A DNA stretch of 64,000 nucleotides. Origin: a virus. A program made the position numbers and the translations under genes. The notes beneath the pieces are model-generated. The model made no database searches. It saw nothing but the letters and a program-made list of their open reading frames with translations, and was not told the DNA's origin. The stretch covers positions 10,241-74,240 of the IMG/VR virus record IMGVR_UViG_3300029822_000004; one strand, written 5' to 3'. Shown here in pieces: positions 47,492-57,838 of this stretch (position 1 is its first letter; each line of letters opens with the position of its first letter).

Positions 47492-47493
47492 TG

Positions 47494-50400
47494 TTACCTC
47501 ACTACGATTGAACTACCAGACCTAAGCGTACTATATATGTTCTCTACCGTTGTTGCCAGTCCTGCTTGACGGTATTGCTGTGACATAATATAGGCATCCA
47601 GCGCACGAGCAACTCCGGCCTGAGCATTTGCCGCATTCTTGAAGTTAAGGGCTTCTGGCACCGCTCCTGTGGGCATGGTGGGCGATCCAAGCAATCTTTC
47701 AGGCGGGGCCAGTCTTGCCATGAAGTTAATGCTGTGATAGAGCGACGTGGCAGTCAAATCACCACGTGGGTCTTTCATGCCAGAGAGGGATTGTACACCA
47801 CCCATGATACCTTGCTGATTCATATCACGGGCGAAATCCATACTCTTTGCGAAACTCCTTGTTGCTAGTGTTGCCTTGTCAAGATTGGTCGCAAACTCAG
47901 CGATGTCTGTTGGTGTAAAGATGCTGTTTTCTCCATTGGCTTGGTAGTCTTGGACAGCTTTGTTATATAGCTTTTTGGCTTCCATCTCTATATTCTTAAG
48001 CATTGCTTGCTGTATCTTACGATAGGCTACACCACCGATCTTGCCCATTTCCTTCCCTATGTCAGCGCGCTCCATCTGCATTTGGAAGATACCGATGCGT
48101 TGGCCTGCGATGCTCTTTTCATAGTTGGCTTGTTGATCACGTGCGTCATTGAAGGCTTTTTCTGCCGCTTCTTGCTTTTTCCTTTTGGTTTCAAGGTCTG
48201 CGGCTTTGTTAGGATCAGCAGGAGCCGCATCCACAGCCGCTTGTGCCGCCTGTAATTCCTTTTGCGCTTCCAAAAAGATATCTTGAGCTTTTTTGAGATT
48301 CTCGCTAGGTGCGGCACGGCCCGTCCTCAAGTCCTTTTGTGCAGCCGCCAACGCCGCTTCCGCATCCTTGACAGCCTTTCGCAGCTCTGGATTTTCTTCT
48401 GCGGTTGCTAATTCAGCGCGCTTTTCATCCAATGTCTTTTTGGCGTCAGCAATCCTTTTCTGAGCGGCCCTTTCAGCTTCCTCTGCCTTGGCTTGGTCAT
48501 TGAGTGCGCGGCCCAAGTTGTTCTGTGTGTCCTTATTCGGATTGAGATCATAGGCCTTCTGTGCTCTTGCTACCTCCAGCTTGCGTTGTGCAATAAGATT
48601 ACGTGCCTCGCCGCGTTCTCCTTGTGCAGCGTCATATTCGGCTTCTGCATCTTTTACAGCGGTTTCGGCGGCAAAGCGTGGATCATTCTTCATAGCATCT
48701 CTAGCTTTGGCCAACTCCTCCTGTTTAATCTTCACGTTGTCCTCAAGCATGGAGCGTTCGTTGAGTTGTTCTTCCCTCAGCCTCTTTTGCGCTTCGTACA
48801 GTATTTCTTTTCTCCTCTTAAGCCAAAAGCGCTGTTCTTCGGTGCCTTTAGACCCCTCTAGCTCTTCACTTGCAGTAGCCAATTCGCTTCGCGCAGTATC
48901 AAGACTCTTTGCAGCCGTACGTCTAGCAGTTTCTGTAAATCTTAGTTGTCGCGCGCCCAAACGAATATCCGCACGACCAAGAAGTGCCGGACTCAACCCG
49001 CTTGCCCGTTCTGCTGCTTCCAATATGGTTCTTCCGAGATTTGCCTGCCACTTTGCTAGAGAATCGTACACGCCCTTTTCTGCGGTGCTCATCTTTGCAA
49101 AAGCCGCATTTAGCCGATCCTTTGCGGCAGACATATTGGACTCAAGCTCCGCGCCCTTCATGCCTTTGTCTGTCCACTCTTTCAGTTGGCGATTGTACTC
49201 TTCTCTGATCAGGTCTAGAGTCTCCCTTGCCTTGCCGTAGGCACCCTGCGCCCTATCCATTGCGGCCTCAGTGAAGTTCTCAGAACCAAAGCCCTCATAT
49301 TGGTCAATCATCTCAAGACCAAAGTCCCGCATGGCGTTATCAAAATTTTCTTGGTACTCATCTAGCTTGTTTACAAATTTTATTCTCTGCTCATCGGTAG
49401 TACTCTTTGCCTCGACATTTTTCAGGGCTTTTTCTATATCAAAGATTTCCCCCGCATCAACGGCACCAAATTCGGCACCGGTAATGATGTCCTTGACCAC
49501 TTGTTGTTGGTACTTGCTATAACCACCAAGTCCGGCTGCCTCAAAATCACCGGCTTTCACATTGGTATAGAGCTTCCCAAAGTCGTCACCTGTAACGGCT
49601 TTCTGTAACATTTGTATGGCGTCTGAGCGCTCTTTTATGCGTTGCTCTTTCTCCTCGTTCCTGAACCTTGTAGCGTCTGACTTACCATATGCCATCGCTT
49701 CTGCAAATGATATTGGTTCGTCTTTTCTTAGTTCCTTTATCTCCTGTTCTTTTGTATACCTATCTATTGCGCTGCCAATCACCGCTGTACGAGATGGAGT
49801 TGCAATGCTAAGTGGCGCAGTTTTCATCCGTTCGCGGAACTCTTCTAGATCTTTTTTAGCCTTATCTACAGCCTCTTGCGCCAGCTTAAGTTGCTCACTA
49901 CGTTCTTCAGCCGGTGTGGTGCGCTGATTGATGAGGTCGCGGTACTCATTGTTGATTGCAATTCTGGTTTCTTCATCTGGTGCGCTGGCTATGCGCTTCT
50001 GGAGCTCCATCCTCTCCACGACATTCAGTTTCGGGCCTGTGGGGTTGGCAAGGTCTCTCTCAATTATCCGTGTTGCGTTGGATGCCTGTGCTTGCATGCC
50101 TTCTGCTGTCTGCTGTGCACGCATAACACCAGCGCCAGTCCATCTATCGGACACCTTATCAGATACGCCAAATCTCGCATCTAGTGCCTTACCAAACTGA
50201 TAGCCCATCTGTGCAACTTGGATAGCGAGCAAGACATTGAACGCCTTCTCCATGCCCGTATCGCCTAGGCTGAATTTCTTGGCCGTGCCGCCAACGCCAC
50301 CAACACCACCAACTCCGGGCATCCCTGCTGTGGCGTTGGTTATGCTCTTAGCTATATCGCCCGTGTTCTTGATCTTGATGCCATCTTTATCCAACCTGCC

Positions 50401-52941
50401 AAGGAGTTTAGCTGCGTCATATTCTCCAAGATGTGTAATTGGAGCGTCTTTGCCTGTAAGATTGGCTACAGCATCTTTGCCAAGGACTTTAGATACGTCA
50501 TCACTACTCAACGCACTGAAGTTATGTGATCTACCAAAGAAGCTAATACGCTTGCCAGTATAGCTGTCCTGTGTACCGACTGGATAAGTGGAAAACGGCC
50601 CAGGATGGTCTGGTATTCGTTGCTTTAGTCTGCTGGCAGGTATTTTTGGCCCAGTGAATCCATCATATAGTGCAGAACTACCACCAACAACCGCTGGGGC
50701 GAGCATAAAAGAAGCAGACGATCTCCATGGTATCTTTGTTCCAGTTGGCTGTGGTGTCGCGCTTGTCGGCGCGGTGCTGATGTTCGTTACGTTAGTAAAT
50801 CCAGCATCAAGACTAGTAGCACCGCCACCAGATACGGGAGCAGGAAAGATGGTATTGACAAAGCGGCCCTTGGAATCCCTTTGCGTGTACCTCTTGTTAT
50901 TTACAGCTTTAGGTTCAGGGCCAGCACCAAAGAAGAACTCACGCTCTAGCTGATTCTCGTAGCTGTAATTTGGTATGGCCTTGTTGACATAATCTCTGTA
51001 TAGCCTGTCCTCGTAGTTGCCATAACTACCGGCAGCATCAGACACTCTTGGCGATGCCGCATTGCTTCTTGCCGTTGCGGGAGTAACTGGTTTGCTGGTA
51101 GGGGTAGATGTTGGGCCGCCGGTAAGCATTGCCCTTGATGTTTGCAATAGCGCAATCTGCTGTGTGAGCGCATGATTCGTAGCGGTTATGGACGCCGTAT
51201 GGGCAGCATATCCGGCATTGACAAGCGCCTGCTCAACACGGATAGCTGCTAGGTTGGATAAGGTTAGCTTCAGGCCTAGATTAGTAGATGTTACAGCACT
51301 GCCAGCGGCGGTCATTTCGGTAGTGATGACAGCGGCGAGCTTGGACACGTCACTGAGTGCAGTCTTTAGTCCAGTAACCGCCGTTGTAAATCCAGACGCA
51401 GCGGCCTTTGCAATGTTTATTTTATCGTCAAGGGTAATGACTTCGGTGGCGATGGCCTTTACTGATGCTTTAATGGACACAAAGGCATCACTAAGACCAC
51501 GAACAGCCGGACTGACCTGTGTGGTTATAGTCGTGGTCATCCGTTTCAGAGCCGCGTCCGTAGCATCAATGGCAACAGCATCCTTGGCAAATTTACTTGT
51601 TGGCGTTCGTGGTGTCTTTGGCGTTTTACCATCCCCGCCACCCGTAGGCCCGCCAATGTCCCCACGGATGTTTGCCAAGGTGCTGCTTATCTTGGTGAAA
51701 TGGTCGCTAATGCCTTTGTAAGCCCGCAGAGCGCCCATCAAGTACAGCGTCCAGCGGCTGAAGTATTTGATTTGTTTGTCCAGCTCTTCGGGTATCCTGG
51801 CCGTGGTACCCAGCAGATCATTCACGTCACTAACAAAGTCACCAATGCCCGATGACGAACTCCTGAATGACTCAAGCAATGATGAGCCGAATTGCGCTAG
51901 GGTGGTGGTGACGACTTCCGTGTCTTTGCCGACGGTGATGAATGCCTTGGTGACTTCGTTCTTGAAGCGCTCGGTTTCGGCACGCATGGTGTTCATCTGT
52001 TTCTTGAACGCCTCTTCAGCGGAACCGGACTTGCCCCTCATCTGATCAAGTACTTCTATGTATTCATCAAACTGCGTACCGGTCAACGCCAAGACAGCAC
52101 GGCCAGCTCGGATGTTACCAAACATGGCTTCAAGGGCTTCTACATTGCCACCGACCTTATCTCTTAACTCACGCAGTACACCAGCGAGGCCCTTGGTCTG
52201 TATGGCTGTCGCGCTTATCTCCACGCCCCACTTTTTGGCGGCGGCTTGGGCTTCCATGGTTGGTTTGATGATGGCATTGAGCATCTGGTTCAAGCCAATC
52301 ATGGACTGTGACGCAGATTGGGTACGGCTAAGGATGGCCACGGCTGCAAACAAATCATCAAGCTCAGTGCCCATAGCGGATGCGGTGGCTGTGACTAAAC
52401 CGAATGTCCGAGCGAGTTCATCACCGTGTGCCTTACCTTCGCGGACGGTAATAAACAAGCCGTCCATGATGTCTTTGGCGTCTGTGGCGGCTATTCCCCA
52501 CGCATTCATGATGGTGGTCATTGCGTCGCCGGTAGATACAATGTCAGCACGAATTACGTTAGCAGTCTTGCCGATGATTTCAGTAAGATCTGCTATCTCT
52601 TTGTTCGTGCCATCAATACCAGACGAGAATACCTCATACATGGTATTGGCTGAACCCAGGGCGGTGCTTATGCGGCTGTCAATATCAAGAAGGAGCTTGT
52701 CTACATTTTCAAGAGGCTGACCAGAAATAGCGCCAATGTCCGCGACGGCTTGGTAGAACTTTCCAGCCGCATCTGCTGCTCTGGCGAACGTTCCAGCAAC
52801 GCCAGCCATACCAAGATATTGCTTGGCGGTATCATATATGAGCGCAAAGGAATCTGCCGATTTCTTGGCAGCGTTGTCCATGGCGCTGTTGAATCCACTT
52901 GGATCTGCATTGAGCGCTACGCCTAAGTTGAAATCAGCCAT
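47494..52941 (-). CDS. Tape measure protein
   Basis: 1815 aa; TP901-type N-terminal core (TVREGK, EALEAMFGNIRAGRAVLAL, GSAEEAFKKQ); Ala-rich coiled coils. Confidence 0.92.
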   Translation of the reverse strand: MADFNLGVALNADPSGFNSAMDNAAKKSADSFALIYDTAKQYLGMAGVAGTFARAADAAGKFYQAVADIGAISGQPLENVDKLLLDIDSRISTALGSANTMYEVFSSGIDGTNKEIADLTEIIGKTANVIRADIVSTGDAMTTIMNAWGIAATDAKDIMDGLFITVREGKAHGDELARTFGLVTATASAMGTELDDLFAAVAILSRTQSASQSMIGLNQMLNAIIKPTMEAQAAAKKWGVEISATAIQTKGLAGVLRELRDKVGGNVEALEAMFGNIRAGRAVLALTGTQFDEYIEVLDQMRGKSGSAEEAFKKQMNTMRAETERFKNEVTKAFITVGKDTEVVTTTLAQFGSSLLESFRSSSSGIGDFVSDVNDLLGTTARIPEELDKQIKYFSRWTLYLMGALRAYKGISDHFTKISSTLANIRGDIGGPTGGGDGKTPKTPRTPTSKFAKDAVAIDATDAALKRMTTTITTQVSPAVRGLSDAFVSIKASVKAIATEVITLDDKINIAKAAASGFTTAVTGLKTALSDVSKLAAVITTEMTAAGSAVTSTNLGLKLTLSNLAAIRVEQALVNAGYAAHTASITATNHALTQQIALLQTSRAMLTGGPTSTPTSKPVTPATARSNAASPRVSDAAGSYGNYEDRLYRDYVNKAIPNYSYENQLEREFFFGAGPEPKAVNNKRYTQRDSKGRFVNTIFPAPVSGGGATSLDAGFTNVTNISTAPTSATPQPTGTKIPWRSSASFMLAPAVVGGSSALYDGFTGPKIPASRLKQRIPDHPGPFSTYPVGTQDSYTGKRISFFGRSHNFSALSSDDVSKVLGKDAVANLTGKDAPITHLGEYDAAKLLGRLDKDGIKIKNTGDIAKSITNATAGMPGVGGVGGVGGTAKKFSLGDTGMEKAFNVLLAIQVAQMGYQFGKALDARFGVSDKVSDRWTGAGVMRAQQTAEGMQAQASNATRIIERDLANPTGPKLNVVERMELQKRIASAPDEETRIAINNEYRDLINQRTTPAEERSEQLKLAQEAVDKAKKDLEEFRERMKTAPLSIATPSRTAVIGSAIDRYTKEQEIKELRKDEPISFAEAMAYGKSDATRFRNEEKEQRIKERSDAIQMLQKAVTGDDFGKLYTNVKAGDFEAAGLGGYSKYQQQVVKDIITGAEFGAVDAGEIFDIEKALKNVEAKSTTDEQRIKFVNKLDEYQENFDNAMRDFGLEMIDQYEGFGSENFTEAAMDRAQGAYGKARETLDLIREEYNRQLKEWTDKGMKGAELESNMSAAKDRLNAAFAKMSTAEKGVYDSLAKWQANLGRTILEAAERASGLSPALLGRADIRLGARQLRFTETARRTAAKSLDTARSELATASEELEGSKGTEEQRFWLKRRKEILYEAQKRLREEQLNERSMLEDNVKIKQEELAKARDAMKNDPRFAAETAVKDAEAEYDAAQGERGEARNLIAQRKLEVARAQKAYDLNPNKDTQNNLGRALNDQAKAEEAERAAQKRIADAKKTLDEKRAELATAEENPELRKAVKDAEAALAAAQKDLRTGRAAPSENLKKAQDIFLEAQKELQAAQAAVDAAPADPNKAADLETKRKKQEAAEKAFNDARDQQANYEKSIAGQRIGIFQMQMERADIGKEMGKIGGVAYRKIQQAMLKNIEMEAKKLYNKAVQDYQANGENSIFTPTDIAEFATNLDKATLATRSFAKSMDFARDMNQQGIMGGVQSLSGMKDPRGDLTATSLYHSINFMARLAPPERLLGSPTMPTGAVPEALNFKNAANAQAGVARALDAYIMSQQYRQAGLATTVENIYSTLRSGSSIVVR

Positions 52942-53239
52942 TACTTTCGCCTCTCATTTTCTTCAATATCTTTTCTGCGCGCTCGTTGGCCTTGCGCTTG
53001 TTTTCTTCCGATAATACCTGCCTCATTGCGTCCTTATCGTCAATTATGGCCTCGGTTTCGACTGTCTGCAATCTCTCAATCAATGTCTGGTCGTGCAATG
53101 CCGCTGCGCTCACTGTCCCGTCAAGCCTCGTGAGAGTCTTTGCTTTCTGTGCCAGATCATACAGGTACATTACATGACAAAAGGGCGTTGACATCAGTTT
53201 ATCCATGTCATACGCCCCAAAGTACGTCAAAATTAGCAT
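52934..53239 (-). CDS. Tail assembly chaperone, frameshifted (gpT-like) segment
   Basis: Open in the -1 frame from the A9 run at 53283-53291. Confidence 0.75.
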   Translation of the reverse strand: MLILTYFGAYDMDKLMSTPFCHVMYLYDLAQKAKTLTRLDGTVSAAALHDQTLIERLQTVETEAIIDDKDAMRQVLSEENKRKANERAEKILKKMRGESNG

Positions 53240-53271
53240 CAGTACATACTTGATATCAAGATATTGTGGTA

Positions 53272-53808
53272 CTAGTCCGAACTTTTTTTTTCACCTTCAG
53301 GCGCTTCAGGGGCATCTTCGGGTTCCTTGAATGCGTCCTTTCCGTAAATCATGCCTTCCAGAATCTTGAAAGTGGAGGCGTCTTGCTTGGTCTTGAGGAC
53401 GGATACGATATCATCCATCTTCGGGTACTTCGACATGAACTTATGTGCCAAGTCGGTAATCTCATGAGTCTTCTCAATCAGTTTGCCGACCTCGCCTTGC
53501 AACTTCATGATAAAGTCTGCCGTGTCGCTGAGGGCCTGGTAGTCCTCATCCTTTGGCGCGACATTTTCGTTTTCGAGATAACCATCAGCGAGCTGCTCAC
53601 ACTGCGCCTTGCGGTTTTCCATGCGGGCCACGGTGAGATTCCACTGGTTTTGAATGTTGCTGAATTGCCGCAGAAGCAAGACTGCCTGTGGGACATCACG
53701 CAACGTCAACAACGGTAACTCAACAACTGTATCCTTGTCAAGCTGTATGGTAGCGGATTCCTTGTACTCTTCAAGGCTACTGAAATCAATGTCTGCAATG
53801 CTTTTCAT
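53272..53808 (-). CDS. Tail assembly chaperone (gpG-like)
   Basis: Between major tail and tape measure genes; ends GAA AAA AAA AGT. Confidence 0.75.
   Translation of the reverse strand: MKSIADIDFSSLEEYKESATIQLDKDTVVELPLLTLRDVPQAVLLLRQFSNIQNQWNLTVARMENRKAQCEQLADGYLENENVAPKDEDYQALSDTADFIMKLQGEVGKLIEKTHEITDLAHKFMSKYPKMDDIVSVLKTKQDASTFKILEGMIYGKDAFKEPEDAPEAPEGEKKSSD
53283..53291 (-). other. Programmed -1 ribosomal frameshift site (A AAA AAA / A AAA AAG)
   Basis: A -1 slip gives ...EKK-KFGLVPQYLDIKYVL-MLILTY with no stop. Confidence 0.8.
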
Positions 53809-53845
53809 CTGTTTAGTCCTCCGAGGGCTTTACGGGTTGTTGTGA

Positions 53846-54340
53846 TTAGGTAGCACTGGTTTCGGAAAAGGTCATGTAGTTGCCGCCAGCCGATTCAACA
53901 TAGGCGCGGAAAACAAGCTGGAGACCTTGTGGGGTGGTACGCTGGAAAGGCACAGGGCCATCCATCAGCGGGGATGCCTTGGGGAACGTCCAAGCAATGC
54001 CGTTGCCAGCCTCAAGCGGGGTGACAATGAGTTCCTTGGCCACATCCAGAAGGTCGATGCCCACGGGGTCTTTACCTGCACCGCCAGCGACACCAGGTAT
54101 CAGCGCAAGATTGGACGAACTGACTTCACCGAGCGTCATGGTGACAGTCACTTCAAGATTCGTGATAATGTCCTTGACTGGCAACGACGCCTGATCCGGC
54201 AGGATGGGCGTGCTGGTCATGTTGACATTGATTGCCACCGAGTCGTTCAAGGTGTACCCAAGATTGTTACCGTTGAATGTGATGGATGCAGGCCCCATGT
54301 GTAGGGTTGAGGGATCGCCAGTAAAAGTTGCTTCAGCCAT
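53846..54340 (-). CDS. Major tail tube protein
   Basis: LHMGPASITFNG..LGYT..VTVTMTLGE..FPKA..F.A. Confidence 0.8.
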   Translation of the reverse strand: MAEATFTGDPSTLHMGPASITFNGNNLGYTLNDSVAINVNMTSTPILPDQASLPVKDIITNLEVTVTMTLGEVSSSNLALIPGVAGGAGKDPVGIDLLDVAKELIVTPLEAGNGIAWTFPKASPLMDGPVPFQRTTPQGLQLVFRAYVESAGGNYMTFSETSAT

Positions 54341-54342
54341 AA

Positions 54343-54825
54343 TCAGCCTCCGATATCACTTACAATTACTTTCAGGTTTACGGATACGTGCCACACTGGC
54401 ATCGTACCACTCATCATTCTAGTCGGCCCGCTGATTGGATAATTCTTCGCCATAACGCAGAGGCAATCAGCAAACTCTACGTTATACAATGGAAATATAG
54501 TACACAATTTGCTGGCTGTCAAGATGGCCTCGCTACGATCTTTTTGTATCGTGTCGATGGTCATGCGGACAGTAATCGTTCCGTCTTGGTCATCAATGCC
54601 GTCAGAGATGCTATTGCATGACACGGAGCGGTAGGGTGCGCCATCAGCCAGCGTAAATACTTTCATTGTGGTTACGCCGTCACTGAACTCCGCATCCAGC
54701 AACTCAGTCATGCCATCTTCAATAGCCTTAATCAAGTTAGACACAGATTGCTCCTTAGAATGGAAGTTCGTTATCGTTGTCATAATCGCCACTTGGTATG
54801 GAATCTTCCGGGCCTGGGGGGCCAT
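54343..54825 (-). CDS. Tail completion/terminator-like protein (start probably further downstream)
   Basis: Position upstream of major tail gene. Confidence 0.5.
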   Translation of the reverse strand: MAPQARKIPYQVAIMTTITNFHSKEQSVSNLIKAIEDGMTELLDAEFSDGVTTMKVFTLADGAPYRSVSCNSISDGIDDQDGTITVRMTIDTIQKDRSEAILTASKLCTIFPLYNVEFADCLCVMAKNYPISGPTRMMSGTMPVWHVSVNLKVIVSDIGG

Positions 54826-55462
54826 TTATTGCCAAGTCGCCAGCCTTTTTTATGGTAAAGCCAACGGGGTTCCTATCAGCAAAGCCAGCGCGATAGAACT
54901 CTTCGGCCATCTCTCCAAGTTCCCACATCTGCTCTTCATAGGCCCGAACCAAGAACAACTCACCTACGCGGCGGCCAGTACGACCGCTCTTTCGTTCTGC
55001 TCTGTCATACGCCCATGGTGTACCCTTTGGAGATACAAAACTCCCCCAGTTATTGTGAATGAACACCGCAAGCCACGGCGATGACACCCCCCACGGAGGA
55101 TCTTCTTTGGTGTTGGCTTGAAAATCGGCATCAAATGAACTCACCCAATTTGGATCAATACCAACAGCGGCCTTGACACGGGTACTGCGGTTGGTTGGGC
55201 CGCCTATCATGGTCGTGCCTGTAGTCTGGATAGCATTGGTCAAGTCGCCACCGTAGTCTGGACATCTTTTGCGTGCCTCTTCTTGTATATATGCAGCCCA
55301 TTGCCGCATCAAATCACGCGAGGCAAACACGGCCTTTCGCTTTTGGGCCTCTGTCCACTTCTTGAACTCGGTCTTATTCCACTTGATAGACATCGAATAG
55401 CCAGCGACGCGATATTGCATCGTGTCGCCGCTTGAATATGTCTTTGGTGTATAGCCTATCAT
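54755..55462 (-). CDS. HK97 gp10-like neck protein
   Basis: EEARKRCPDYGGDLTNAI; FLVRAYEE. Confidence 0.6.
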   Translation of the reverse strand: MIGYTPKTYSSGDTMQYRVAGYSMSIKWNKTEFKKWTEAQKRKAVFASRDLMRQWAAYIQEEARKRCPDYGGDLTNAIQTTGTTMIGGPTNRSTRVKAAVGIDPNWVSSFDADFQANTKEDPPWGVSSPWLAVFIHNNWGSFVSPKGTPWAYDRAERKSGRTGRRVGELFLVRAYEEQMWELGEMAEEFYRAGFADRNPVGFTIKKAGDLAINGPPGPEDSIPSGDYDNDNELPF

Positions 55463-55806
55463 CTATCTCGCACCTGAGTACTGCAAAGAAGGACATAGCC
55501 AACAAAGTTCCCATGGATGTCATACTGCTGGCGAACACCACCAATGTGATACTCAGAGCCTTGCCATACCGCGATCATGTTGATATTTGGAACTCCACCC
55601 GCGTCAAGGGTCTCTGCATAATGCGCCACGACAAGCGCGTGACTGAACTTGGCAAATGCAGCGTTGGCCAACTCCTCGTTGCTGAGTGTCCGTGCAATGC
55701 CATAGCCCGTCCCGACAAGTACCTCACCGACCACATCATGATCGCTATTGAGTACCGGCTTCACAATCTTAATGCGGTTTCCAGACGTTTTTAGATGGTT
55801 TAGCAT
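55459..55806 (-). CDS. Head closure/adaptor protein
   Basis: 115 aa in head-tail module. Confidence 0.5.
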   Translation of the reverse strand: MLNHLKTSGNRIKIVKPVLNSDHDVVGEVLVGTGYGIARTLSNEELANAAFAKFSHALVVAHYAETLDAGGVPNINMIAVWQGSEYHIGGVRQQYDIHGNFVGYVLLCSTQVRDR

Positions 55807-55807
55807 A

Positions 55808-56221
55808 TTACCTGGTGATGGTTAGCGATTTAGATAGCGCCGCAAGAAACTGGCCAGCACGGGAGTATTTAAGGGCCTGCATATAGGCTGCGCTTGATGC
55901 TCCGCTGTAGTTCTGTGCGGCGACATACTCCTCTCGGCCAATATTATCAACTTCAACAGCAGATACGCCACTGGTAGATCGCTCCAGCACGGCTTCGAGT
56001 AGTTCTTGATTCTTTTCAATGTACAACGCCCACTCAAATACAGCCATTTGGTACACGGTGAAGGGCGCGACGGTATTTATGGCCTCAGCGGCGTCAGTAG
56101 TGCCTAAATAAGCGTTAACGTCATTCTCTGCGGTAGTGAGTAGGGTAGTCTTGCGTTCGTCCGTCAAAGCGCCCCAAACGCCGCTACCAAAGGCGTTCGT
56201 GGCAAAGTATGAATTAGCCAT
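55808..56221 (-). CDS. Head-tail connector protein
   Basis: ANSYF..W..L...K..LL.TA...; AVFEWALY. Confidence 0.6.
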   Translation of the reverse strand: MANSYFATNAFGSGVWGALTDERKTTLLTTAENDVNAYLGTTDAAEAINTVAPFTVYQMAVFEWALYIEKNQELLEAVLERSTSGVSAVEVDNIGREEYVAAQNYSGASSAAYMQALKYSRAGQFLAALSKSLTITR

Positions 56222-56720
56222 TGATATTGTATTTAGCACGGCGATTCTTCCTTATGTTCTTCTTCACAAAATCGTCTGGCTGTGCATTTTCTATCTTGAG
56301 GAATGCTTCTTTTTCGTCTTTGATGCGTTGCTCCTCTAAGCGCTGCTGTTCTAGATTTTCCTTAACAAGCCTCTCGGCCATCTGTTTACAAAGCTGCTTG
56401 TAATCATCGAAAGGCTTGGTGATTGCGCGTTCTCGTAGATACTGTTTTGCTACCGACAGACCCATCTTGGTGTAGTCAATAACGCCACCGTATATCTCAA
56501 CAGGGAACGATCGCTTGTGGATGTCAATAATGTGATTGAATGTAGCATCACCAACAACAAAGTATACCCGCGTGTAGTTATGTTGTGATGGTTGCGTCTG
56601 CTTGAACTTGAGATAAAACCGCAAGTTCTCGGCGTGTACTCCATGCACTTCCGCATAGAATCGCGCTTGCGGAAATTTGTCACCGTCAAAAAGTATTACT
56701 TCGTTTTTGTACATGATCAA
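56214..56720 (-). CDS. Hypothetical protein
   Basis: 168 aa after capsid terminator. Confidence 0.55.
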   Translation of the reverse strand: MIMYKNEVILFDGDKFPQARFYAEVHGVHAENLRFYLKFKQTQPSQHNYTRVYFVVGDATFNHIIDIHKRSFPVEIYGGVIDYTKMGLSVAKQYLRERAITKPFDDYKQLCKQMAERLVKENLEQQRLEEQRIKDEKEAFLKIENAQPDDFVKKNIRKNRRAKYNING

Positions 56721-56778
56721 AAATCAGGGGGAGGCCGGAAGCCCTCGGGGACACCACACCCGACCGGCCTCCCCCTGA
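56719..56778 (-). terminator. Rho-independent terminator after major capsid gene
   Basis: 15-bp stem TCAGGGGGAGGCCGG/CCGGCCTCCCCCTGA followed by TTTTT on the minus strand. Confidence 0.75.
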
Positions 56779-56785
56779 CAGTCCT

Positions 56786-57826
56786 TTAGGAAACGATCTT
56801 GACGTTAATGGGCGTTGCTTCAGCGTCAATGTCGGCGGCACTCTTGATGACCACGCCGGCAGTCAGCTTCACGCTGTTGACCCACTGTTCCCAGTTAGCC
56901 GGATCGGCAAGAACCGACATGGCCGGATTGCTGGCGGGATTAGCGGTGGACTTGAGCTGATAGCCTTTGACGTAGTTCCACATATCGCCCTCAGCCTGCA
57001 AGAGGGTTTTCATGTTCTCAAAACCAAGTTTGTCCTGCAATCCCACCTTGGTTTCGCCATTATCACGAATGGTGACAGCGCCAGGACTCAGGAACAAGGT
57101 CTTATACAGGGGCGTGACGTTATCATCGGCCAGATAGACCAGCTCAGGCGCATCAGTCACTACCACCGGCTTGTTCATGGTAGCAGGGGTGCCGCCATAC
57201 AGGACGATGCCCGCGCCGGTATCAAACTGGTAATTGACCATCTGATTCTTGACCATGGCGAAGTACACCGCGCTGTGCATGACCAGACAGCTCAGATTGG
57301 ACGCCTGATCACCGAACTTGGCCTGGGCATTGACCAACTTGTCAACAGTCAGGCTCTTGCTGGCTGAAGCCAAATCAAGAACCGTGGACGTGCCGTTGGA
57401 TTCAATGGCCGCAGCAGCGATGCTGATAGCCTGATTGATGTTGTAGAGGGTCTTCTTTTCGGCCAGCTTGCGAGCGATCATCATCACGACTTCCTCATTG
57501 CTCATGCCATCGCTGGTCTTGAACGCCGTCCACATCCATTCAACGGGTTCAAACTTCCAGAAGGTCTTGAACGCCGTGTGTTCGGCACGCTCAATCTTGT
57601 GGCTGGTCTGCGCCGAGTCGACGGTGATATCCCGCCGGCTGATGGTACCAAAGTCCTTGAAGAACGCGGTATTCTTCTTGGTGCCGGTAGTGTTTTCGCC
57701 TTCAAGCAGGATAGTGCCGTTGGAGCCACCATTGAAGAGGTCAATCATGTGATTGACGCCCTCAATGTAGCCCGTGCGGAAATACTGCTCATAGGGGATA
57801 AGATCGGAAAGTACGGTAAGTGCCAT
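56786..57826 (-). CDS. Major capsid protein
   Basis: 346 aa after scaffold; FNGGSNGTI, AKFGDQ..LVMHSAVY, KPVVVTDAP, VKLTAGV; strong RBS. Confidence 0.85.
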   Translation of the reverse strand: MALTVLSDLIPYEQYFRTGYIEGVNHMIDLFNGGSNGTILLEGENTTGTKKNTAFFKDFGTISRRDITVDSAQTSHKIERAEHTAFKTFWKFEPVEWMWTAFKTSDGMSNEEVVMMIARKLAEKKTLYNINQAISIAAAAIESNGTSTVLDLASASKSLTVDKLVNAQAKFGDQASNLSCLVMHSAVYFAMVKNQMVNYQFDTGAGIVLYGGTPATMNKPVVVTDAPELVYLADDNVTPLYKTLFLSPGAVTIRDNGETKVGLQDKLGFENMKTLLQAEGDMWNYVKGYQLKSTANPASNPAMSVLADPANWEQWVNSVKLTAGVVIKSAADIDAEATPINVKIVS

Positions 57827-57838
57827 AGTAAAAACTCC

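Noticed and set aside
47494-52941. Multiple long + strand ORFs opposite the tape measure gene
   Set aside because: Antisense shadows of an Ala-rich coding sequence with no recognisable motifs.
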